A stretch of DNA of 32,000 nt. Source: Nitrososphaerota archaeon. Lineage in GTDB: Archaea; Thermoproteota; Nitrososphaeria; Nitrososphaerales; UBA57. A program made the position numbers and the translations under genes. Under the pieces are notes generated by a model that saw nothing but the letters and a program-made list of their open reading frames with translations, did no database searches and had not been told where the DNA came from. Numbering within the stretch: the first letter of the stretch is position 1; each line of letters starts with the position of its first letter. Below, piece after piece: positions 1 to 6,571 of the stretch. Location: positions 27,035-59,034 of the forward strand of contig PAVW01000017.1 of assembly GCA_002713205.1 (NCBI GenBank), read 5' to 3'.

Positions 1-296
1 CATTGAAGTGTAACTAACGCAATCTTCTTATCTTTTGAATGAAGCTCTTTTATTATCTTGATTACTCCTTCATAAATTTCTAATTCATTTATTGCATTGC
101 ACTCTTCGTTACAAATAAATTCAAACGCTTCTTTTTTTAACTCATCATTTCCTTTTGTTTTTGATAATATTGTTGGTATAATGAAAAATTCTCCCTCTAT
201 ATTGAATTTTTCTTTTAATTTGTTTCTAAGTAAATCATATCTTACTGGTAATCTCACTAATGTACCATCTAAATCAAAAATAACCAGTTCAATCAC
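1..296 (-). CDS. HAD-superfamily hydrolase (C-terminus cut off by window edge)
   Basis: Absent from the ORF track because it is truncated. Minus-strand translation from GTG at 296-294 (GTGA overlap with the stop of the upstream ATP-grasp gene) reads VIELVIFDLDGTLVRLPVRYDLLRNKLKEKF...KKIALVTLQ. DxDGT is HAD motif I and the hydrophobic run ending in T fits motif II. Confidence 0.7.
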   Translation of the reverse strand, partial: MIELVIFDLDGTLVRLPVRYDLLRNKLKEKFNIEGEFFIIPTILSKTKGNDELKKEAFEFICNEECNAINELEIYEGVIKIIKELHSKDKKIALVTLQ

Positions 297-1381
297 AGTA
301 TTTTTACCTTGTATCCATCTTCTTTCCAAATCCAAGTTCCAGTATCTATATGCCTAAGCAAATAAAGGTTTTCTGGATAGATATTACTTCCTAAGTTCTC
401 TGGTTTAATTACACCCATTCCAATTTTACAATAATAATCTGCTAAATTCTTTTTAGAATCTAGTTTTAATTTGTCTGATACAATTCCCCATACAGGTGTT
501 GTAGTGTGAAATTTACCCGAATCAATTTCAGTGACAATTGGGTTATTGTTTTTATCTCCTTTCAAATCCACTGCGTAACTTCCATGAGGTTTCGGATCAA
601 TTGCTAAAATTGCTTTATTAGAAATCTCATTCACTTGTTCACTTATTATTATTCTAGATACTGTCGGTGTCCCTGTTATTCCAGACGGCGATATATGTTT
701 GAATGGATATTCTAATCTTTCTCTAGCATACGATGCAATAAATTTACCTTTAAACCACAAACTATCGTGTGCTATATTTCTCCCAGGTAAATATTCTTGA
801 ATAATAAAATCTGAATATTCTGCAATCCCTCTGTTAACCCATAATTCTATCCAATTCTCTACTTCGATTTCATTTTTACATAATAAGCTTAATTTTCCAC
901 CAGCTCCGCTTTTCATTCTTACCCATACTTTATTATCCGTAAAACGCTCTTTCTTACTTTTAATCTCATCTAATGAAGAAACAATTTCAGTTTTTGCTAC
1001 AGGCATTGATTCTTTTTCTAATATTTTCTGAGTTTCTAATTTGTCTCTAATTATAATGCTATAATTTGGTAAATACGTCGATGTCTTTATTTGTTCTATA
1101 TTCTTGGCAATAATACTTGCCTCAGAATGAGGACTTGGATGTAAAAATTGAATTTTATTTTTCTCTATTATATTTTTAATTATTTGTAAAAATTTTGGTT
1201 CTGAATGTCTAGGCGTATTGTATTTTGAATCAAGTTGAGGAAATTCTAAATAAAATCTATTGAAATCAGTACCTATAATATTATAATTGGAATTAGTTAT
1301 TCTTAACGCACTTACAAAATTTACTCCACCTATTCCTCCTGCTCCTGTAACTAATATTTTATAATGGTTATTCTCTGACAA
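293..1381 (-). CDS. ATP-grasp family ligase (carbamoyl-phosphate-synthase-L-like ATP-binding protein)
   Basis: 362-aa ORF. It has an N-terminal ILVTGAGGIGG pre-ATP-grasp region, a VWVRMKSGAGGK glycine-rich loop and an IIQEYLPGRN motif typical of ATP-grasp enzymes. Substrate unknown. It overlaps both neighbours, consistent with an operon. Confidence 0.65.
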   Translation of the reverse strand: MSENNHYKILVTGAGGIGGVNFVSALRITNSNYNIIGTDFNRFYLEFPQLDSKYNTPRHSEPKFLQIIKNIIEKNKIQFLHPSPHSEASIIAKNIEQIKTSTYLPNYSIIIRDKLETQKILEKESMPVAKTEIVSSLDEIKSKKERFTDNKVWVRMKSGAGGKLSLLCKNEIEVENWIELWVNRGIAEYSDFIIQEYLPGRNIAHDSLWFKGKFIASYARERLEYPFKHISPSGITGTPTVSRIIISEQVNEISNKAILAIDPKPHGSYAVDLKGDKNNNPIVTEIDSGKFHTTTPVWGIVSDKLKLDSKKNLADYYCKIGMGVIKPENLGSNIYPENLYLLRHIDTGTWIWKEDGYKVKIL

Positions 1382-2609
1382 TTATATCGCATTCTCCCAT
1401 AACTTCCACTTCTACCATTCTGTTATTTTTTTTATTAATTGTTCCTTTACCTTCTATTTTTAAATTTTCCACATTTTTATGATGTACTTCTACGACCATT
1501 GATTCTGGTGCATTTCTTATAGAACAAATCCATTCATCTCCCTGCTTTTTCATTTTTGCCGTTGTATTCTTTCTTGACATCCACCATTTACATATAGATG
1601 CTGCATTTCCAACAAAACATTCTTCATTTGATAGCATTTTCAATATTTCTATATATATCCGTCCTTTTTTCATCAATAATGCTTCTTGATGCCATAAAAT
1701 CGTGAATAATCCTCCAGTATTTTTTACCACATTCATCATTTTTCTTATTAATTCTAATCCTTGCTTTTCATCTAAATTCATGTATCCCCATAATGAAGTA
1801 TCCATTAGAACCAGAGGTATTTCTAATATGTTAAAACATTCCCATTCTAAATTTGGGGGATTGAACGGCAAGGAAATAGATGCTTTAAAACCTGGATTTT
1901 CATTGAATCCCCATGTTGTATCATACTTTAATTGAAGTTGATTCATTATATCCCAACTCTTTTCCGGATCGAATTTCAAATAATGTTCTCTTATCCCTTC
2001 AGATTTATTACCAAAATAATTCCTAAATAATTCTAATTCTTTTAATAATTCATTCTTATTGTTATGAGTGTTGAAACCTCCATGTAATGCAATTTCCCAC
2101 CCTTCGTCTATCAATCTCCTAAATGTTTCTAATTTACTATCAATTTTATATTCACTAAGCAGTAAATAGAATGAAGACCTAAATCCAAATTCTTTTTCCA
2201 TTTCTGCAATCCTTTCAATATTCCAATATGGATCCTCATCTTTTTGAAAAAATGCCTGAATTACTTCTTCAGTAAATCTATCTTTTACTTTATTGAAATG
2301 TTCTATATCTACTGATATTCTATCTGCGTCATGAGTTATTGCGACAGCGAATTCTTTTCCAGATGGCCATTTCTTTTTTATAAAAACAGGAATGTTTTCT
2401 TTTACCATTGATTTTTTTAATTCTAGTAAATAAGATTCAAAAATTCTATCAATTTCTGGATTATATGGTTCACTGTTTATTTTCTCACCTGATAAAAATG
2501 CTGATATTGATATAATATCTTCATCTTTTAACACAAGCTTAATATCTTTAGTAGTTGATATTCCTGTAGAATCATAAAAAATTTGTTTTACGTAGTCTCT
2601 TTTTTTCAT
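1368..2609 (-). CDS. polysaccharide deacetylase-like (CE4/NodB-type) metallohydrolase
   Basis: 413-aa ORF. AITHDADR and ALHGGFNTH resemble the Asp and His-His metal-binding motifs of CE4 deacetylases. A 14-nt overlap with the downstream ATP-grasp gene suggests translational coupling. Confidence 0.55.
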   Translation of the reverse strand: MKKRDYVKQIFYDSTGISTTKDIKLVLKDEDIISISAFLSGEKINSEPYNPEIDRIFESYLLELKKSMVKENIPVFIKKKWPSGKEFAVAITHDADRISVDIEHFNKVKDRFTEEVIQAFFQKDEDPYWNIERIAEMEKEFGFRSSFYLLLSEYKIDSKLETFRRLIDEGWEIALHGGFNTHNNKNELLKELELFRNYFGNKSEGIREHYLKFDPEKSWDIMNQLQLKYDTTWGFNENPGFKASISLPFNPPNLEWECFNILEIPLVLMDTSLWGYMNLDEKQGLELIRKMMNVVKNTGGLFTILWHQEALLMKKGRIYIEILKMLSNEECFVGNAASICKWWMSRKNTTAKMKKQGDEWICSIRNAPESMVVEVHHKNVENLKIEGKGTINKKNNRMVEVEVMGECDIIVRE

Positions 2610-2676
2610 GATTGACTTGCATAAATATTTGTTTTCGGAAGGATAAGCTTTATTGTAATGTTGAATTAAAAATATT

Positions 2677-2767
2677 GGGCTCGTAGTTCAGCATGGATCA
2701 GGGCGTCGAGATAATTCACGCAAGCCTGCGAAGCCGAAGATCGTGGGTTCAAATCCCACCGGGCCCG
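2677..2767 (+). tRNA. tRNA-Arg (anticodon GCG) with a 15-nt non-canonical intron
   Basis: Acceptor stem GGGCTCG/CGGGCCC (one G-U pair), D stem GTTC/GGGC, T arm GTGGG-TTCAAAT-CCCAC, variable loop AGATC, discriminator G, no encoded CCA. Removing 2709-2723 gives anticodon stem TCGGC/GCCGA and loop CTGCGAA. The mature length is 76 nt. Confidence 0.8.
2709..2723 (+). other. tRNA intron at non-canonical position 29/30 (inside the 5' strand of the anticodon stem)
   Basis: Boundaries are inferred only from restoring a perfect 5-bp anticodon stem. The canonical 37/38 intron model does not yield any anticodon arm. I could not confirm a strict bulge-helix-bulge by eye. Confidence 0.55.
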
Positions 2768-2768
2768 T

Positions 2769-3044
2769 TCATTTCTTCCATAATACTATTTTATATTGAC
2801 CTGATCCTGATTTCCAGACACTATACTTTGAAATATATTCAATGACTGATTGAGGCACTGCTTTGGTGGCCATTACATGATCAGTTTCTATAATAATTAC
2901 ATCATTTTCGATTTTTTGAATTTGTTCACGTGCTACTATTTGTGGATAAGGACATACTTCACCATCCATATTGATTATTTTTGCCGTTTTTTCTAATTGC
3001 TTGATTTCTTCATTAGAAATTTCTATTTCAGTTACCATAATCAT
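2769..3044 (-). CDS. TusA/SirA-family sulfur carrier (YeeD/YedF-like partner of YeeE)
   Basis: 91-aa ORF with the CPYP (CPxP) active-site motif in GEVCPYPQIVAREQI. It sits 6 nt downstream of the YeeE/YedE gene on the same strand. Confidence 0.8.
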   Translation of the reverse strand: MIMVTEIEISNEEIKQLEKTAKIINMDGEVCPYPQIVAREQIQKIENDVIIIETDHVMATKAVPQSVIEYISKYSVWKSGSGQYKIVLWKK

Positions 3045-3050
3045 TCACCA

Positions 3051-4148
3051 TTAAATCGCACATCCAACTTTTCTAAACATCCAGTGTGTTGCTATATAAA
3101 CTCCAAGTACTAGACCTAACGATGTTACAAATCCAGACACGGAAAGAAAAGCTAGACCACTGAATGTATTACTTATGTTACAACCAGGAGCCATTCTAGA
3201 TCCAAAACCCATGAGCATGCCGCCTATTATTGCATTTTGCACCCTATTCTTTTTAATCATTCTTATTTTAAAATCTCCACTGAAATATGCAGATATAAAA
3301 GAACCAAAAATTAAAAATAATAACATTATCATATCTAGACTTATGGAAAAATTTCCTCCTGAAAAAACAACATTATTCCAGTAGATATTTTCTTGCAATG
3401 CTTCCATTCCAATTATATTGCTATACGTTAAACCTACCCATCTAGCTTGAGGACCCGTAACACTAAGTGTCCCCCAAACTATAAACCATAATGTTGCAAA
3501 AATTCCCATTCCAAAACCAACAATTTTTGCATCCCAAGCTGATTGTAGGTTGTTGATAGAAATAGATGAAATATTAAATTTTGATATATTTGTAATTAAA
3601 CCCAATTGTTGTTTCTTTTTCAAATATAATACACATGATAGTATGATCAAAATCGGAACAAGTACTGATGTTTGCCCTAAACTTTCAATTAAGCTAAATC
3701 CTTCGAATATTTGTAATGGAGTGAAGAAATATGGAAAGAAAAAGATTGAAAATAAAGATGCAAAAATTACATAACCTGCACATGCTGATATGAGCAGTAA
3801 CCAGTAGTGTAAGTATCCTTCCCCTGCTCTATACAGTGTACCTGATGCACAACCTCCTCCATATACCATTCCGATTCCGAATACAAATCCACCTATTATG
3901 TTGCTTAATCCATAATTTGGTATCCAAAAATGCGAATTTGAAACTCCTAATGAATATGCTATGCTTGTACCTAACATCATGGTTATAATTCCAATTAATA
4001 GACCATACAGTACTCTAGTATCTTTGAATGCTACATAATCTCTTAACGCACTAGTAAAACAAAATCTTCCTTTTTGTAATAATACTCCAAATCCTATTCC
4101 AATTATAATCGTTAAAATTAAACTTAATAATCCTGAATATTCAATCAA
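3051..4148 (-). CDS. yeeE: YeeE/YedE-family thiosulfate / sulfur-compound transporter
   Basis: 365-aa polytopic membrane protein. It carries the three conserved Cys motifs of the family: GRFCFTSA, GGGCASG and APGCNIS. Confidence 0.85.
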   Translation of the reverse strand: MIEYSGLLSLILTIIIGIGFGVLLQKGRFCFTSALRDYVAFKDTRVLYGLLIGIITMMLGTSIAYSLGVSNSHFWIPNYGLSNIIGGFVFGIGMVYGGGCASGTLYRAGEGYLHYWLLLISACAGYVIFASLFSIFFFPYFFTPLQIFEGFSLIESLGQTSVLVPILIILSCVLYLKKKQQLGLITNISKFNISSISINNLQSAWDAKIVGFGMGIFATLWFIVWGTLSVTGPQARWVGLTYSNIIGMEALQENIYWNNVVFSGGNFSISLDMIMLLFLIFGSFISAYFSGDFKIRMIKKNRVQNAIIGGMLMGFGSRMAPGCNISNTFSGLAFLSVSGFVTSLGLVLGVYIATHWMFRKVGCAI

Positions 4149-4153
4149 TTATA

Positions 4154-5296
4154 TTATCCTCCACAGTTGAAATTAGCGCCTATTACTTTCCTAGCTTCAG
4201 TATTTGGACCACTTTTACCTGATTCTCCCATTATATTAAAAAACTGGACATTATGAGGACCATTTCCAGTTTCCAAGACTGTTACTATTTCCATTTTCTG
4301 TATGTCTATTATTGATACGGTAGCATCACCACTATTAGTTACATATGCAAATTTTCCTTCAGGATCTATATCGATATTATGTGGAGATTTACCTGTTTCC
4401 AATTCCTTTATTATTTCTAGTGTTTTTACATCAATTATTAATAATTTATTCATTTCAGGTATGGTGACAAGTAAATTCTTATCATCTTTTGTCACTGCTA
4501 ATCCATGAGGTGTTGATTCTAATATTATCTCACCGGGCTCTACAAAACGAAAATTTGCCCTACCAAAAATTCTATCTAAAATATCATCTAATACTAATAT
4601 TCTAGCTGGTATTTTTCGTATTTTATCGTCTACTTCTGCCGTCCCAATAAAGATTTTCTTATTATTATGGCCTGAAACTATCATCAAAGGTTCAGATTTC
4701 AACCTGATATTCTTCACAACTTTTTCTTCATTAATATCAATAAATGATAAAGTTCTAGATTTTGTATTTGTTACAACAGCTATATCATCATAACGTGCTA
4801 CATGGTGAGGTGCTTCCTGTACTCTTATTTCTGAAATTATTCTATCGGAAGTCGTATTCAGTAAAATTAATGAATTCGTATCTCTGCTAACAACAAAAAA
4901 CACTTCTTCTTTTTCATCAAATATGCCTGCATGTTGAATATTTTCACCTATGGGGATCTTGTATTTTATTTCTAGCGTTTGTGGATTTAATACTAGTATT
5001 TCAGATTGTCCATGATGAATTAAATATAGTTTGTTAAGTTTACTATTGAAATGCGCACCATACTGACCAGAGCTAATTTCTAATGGTATTTCCGTTACAA
5101 TATTAAAATTAATTGGATCAACTATAGTGACTGTTCCTGATATAGTATTAAATATCACCGCTTCATATGTATTGGATTCATTTGATATCGAATGGTAAAT
5201 GAAAGTTCCACCAATCAAAAATCCTATTACTAGACCTGTTAATAGAGCCGCTCTAATGAGGAACTTCTTATTTCCAGTCTTTGACAACTTTTCCAC
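4154..5296 (-). CDS. membrane-anchored YVTN-repeat beta-propeller protein, predicted extracytoplasmic
   Basis: GTG start. The N-terminus MEKLSKTGNKK followed by FLIRAALLTGLVIGFLIGGTFIY looks like a signal anchor. About 40-residue repeats follow (for example KFAYVTNSGDATVSIIDIQKMEIV, LLVTIPEMNKLLIIDVKTLEI). The C-terminus ends ...KVIGANFNCGG. Confidence 0.75.
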   Translation of the reverse strand: MEKLSKTGNKKFLIRAALLTGLVIGFLIGGTFIYHSISNESNTYEAVIFNTISGTVTIVDPINFNIVTEIPLEISSGQYGAHFNSKLNKLYLIHHGQSEILVLNPQTLEIKYKIPIGENIQHAGIFDEKEEVFFVVSRDTNSLILLNTTSDRIISEIRVQEAPHHVARYDDIAVVTNTKSRTLSFIDINEEKVVKNIRLKSEPLMIVSGHNNKKIFIGTAEVDDKIRKIPARILVLDDILDRIFGRANFRFVEPGEIILESTPHGLAVTKDDKNLLVTIPEMNKLLIIDVKTLEIIKELETGKSPHNIDIDPEGKFAYVTNSGDATVSIIDIQKMEIVTVLETGNGPHNVQFFNIMGESGKSGPNTEARKVIGANFNCGG

Positions 5297-5319
5297 TATT
5301 GATTTACTTTATTATTTAT

Positions 5320-6504
5320 TTAAAACTGTTTCAGATCCACAGGAACTATTTTTGATGGACTTTGTGGCAGTGCTATACTGTCTAATTTTTTAAATGAACC
5401 TACTTCAAAGACATCAATTGAACTATTGCCTCCATTAGGTACATATGCAAGACTACTATCTGGACTGAACGCTGGATGACCTGAATTTTCGATTTCAATC
5501 TTTGTAACTTCCTCGAGACTTTCCGTGTCATATACTATTGATGCTGGTCCAGTTCTAACTAACACATATCTTCCATCAGGAGTAAATTCGCTAGTTCTTG
5601 GTGGTGTTTCCACCAATGGAAATCTTTTTACTACCTCTTTTGCTTTAATATCCCAAACCATTTCTTCTGCATCTGTATTCTTAAATCCACCAACATTTGA
5701 CCAATTTCCTGCTGAATTTACTTCAATGAATGCCAAATCATTGTTTGGAGAAATTGTTATCATGCTTCCTCCCCAATCTGAATACTCTGTTGCTAAATGC
5801 TCTTCCACAGTGAAACTATTCGTATCAATTACTGTTAGTAAACTTTCTAGTTGGTTAGTAGTCCATAGTTTGTTATCTGGACCTATTGCAACATCACAAC
5901 AAAACTTTGGTACAGGGAGTTCACCTACTATCTCTCCACTCTGGAGATCAACTTTATAGATTATTGAAGGGTCTACATCTGAAAATGGAATTTCAAATTC
6001 TTCCCTTGCCGCATTAAATTGCTCATCCGAAAATTTCTTAGCAACTAATAGATTCAAAAAATATCCATATTTCCCATCTACATCAGTCTCTGCTAATGCA
6101 AATCTCCATCTTCCTTCTAATGGTATTTCTGTTAACTTCTCATTTGTTGACGGATTTACTTGATATACCGTAGCTTTTCCACCAGCTCTTCCAAGCCCCC
6201 AAATATTTCCATTTTTATCTGGATAGTGATTGGCCCAGTCTACTCTTCCTGCTTCTGCTATCCAAGTAGGTCCTGATGAAGCTAGTAATTTACCTAACGC
6301 TAAATCAATTGTAGCAATTGAACCTTCGGCGCCAAAGACATAGCCTAAAGCACCTTTTTCTTGTTTGAGTTGTTCTAATTCTTGTTCTAATGGGGCTATT
6401 TGGGATCTGTTGGAGAGATAACCTGCACCTCCAATTCCGATACCTACTACGCCTCCGGCTAAATATTTAATGAAATCTCTTCTATTCACATTTTTGGCTG
6501 TCAT
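5320..6504 (-). CDS. Tat-signal beta-propeller-like protein
   Basis: The N-terminus NRRDFIKYLAGGVVGIGIGGAGYL matches the twin-arginine motif (S/T-R-R-x-F-L-K) plus an h-region. The body has propeller-like repeats (LAYVPNGGNSSIDVFEV, LLTVIDTNSFTV) and a vicinal Cys pair, KFCCDVAIG. Confidence 0.6.
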   Translation of the reverse strand: MTAKNVNRRDFIKYLAGGVVGIGIGGAGYLSNRSQIAPLEQELEQLKQEKGALGYVFGAEGSIATIDLALGKLLASSGPTWIAEAGRVDWANHYPDKNGNIWGLGRAGGKATVYQVNPSTNEKLTEIPLEGRWRFALAETDVDGKYGYFLNLLVAKKFSDEQFNAAREEFEIPFSDVDPSIIYKVDLQSGEIVGELPVPKFCCDVAIGPDNKLWTTNQLESLLTVIDTNSFTVEEHLATEYSDWGGSMITISPNNDLAFIEVNSAGNWSNVGGFKNTDAEEMVWDIKAKEVVKRFPLVETPPRTSEFTPDGRYVLVRTGPASIVYDTESLEEVTKIEIENSGHPAFSPDSSLAYVPNGGNSSIDVFEVGSFKKLDSIALPQSPSKIVPVDLKQF

Positions 6505-6571
6505 TTATGGCGTTATATAATGCCGTTATATTTATATAGTTTTCGTCTATTGATTAATTTACGGTAATTAG
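6505..6571. promoter_or_regulatory. divergent promoter region of the sulfur-trafficking divergon
   Basis: 67-nt intergenic spacer. TATA-like TTTATATA lies at 6531-6538, about 34 nt upstream of the ATG at 6572 and, read on the other strand, 26-35 nt upstream of the start at 6504. Direct repeat CGTTATAT occurs at 6511-6518 and 6524-6531. Confidence 0.4.

Noticed and set aside
2677-2767. Reading the tRNA with a canonical 37/38 intron, or with anticodon AAT, TCA or CAC taken from the GATAATTCACG stretch
   Set aside because: None of these readings gives a 5-bp anticodon stem or a U33/purine-37 loop. Only excision of 2709-2723 does, yielding anticodon GCG.
5525-5959. 144-aa plus-strand ORF antisense to the Tat-signal propeller gene. 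Similar antisense ORFs occur at 97-357, 1702-1935, 3175-3384, 3550-3774, 4302-4508 and 5199-5393.
   Set aside because: These are shadow ORFs lying wholly or largely within, and antisense to, well-supported genes. They are low-complexity or Ser/Thr/Leu/Phe-rich, have no motifs, and leave no room for their own promoters.
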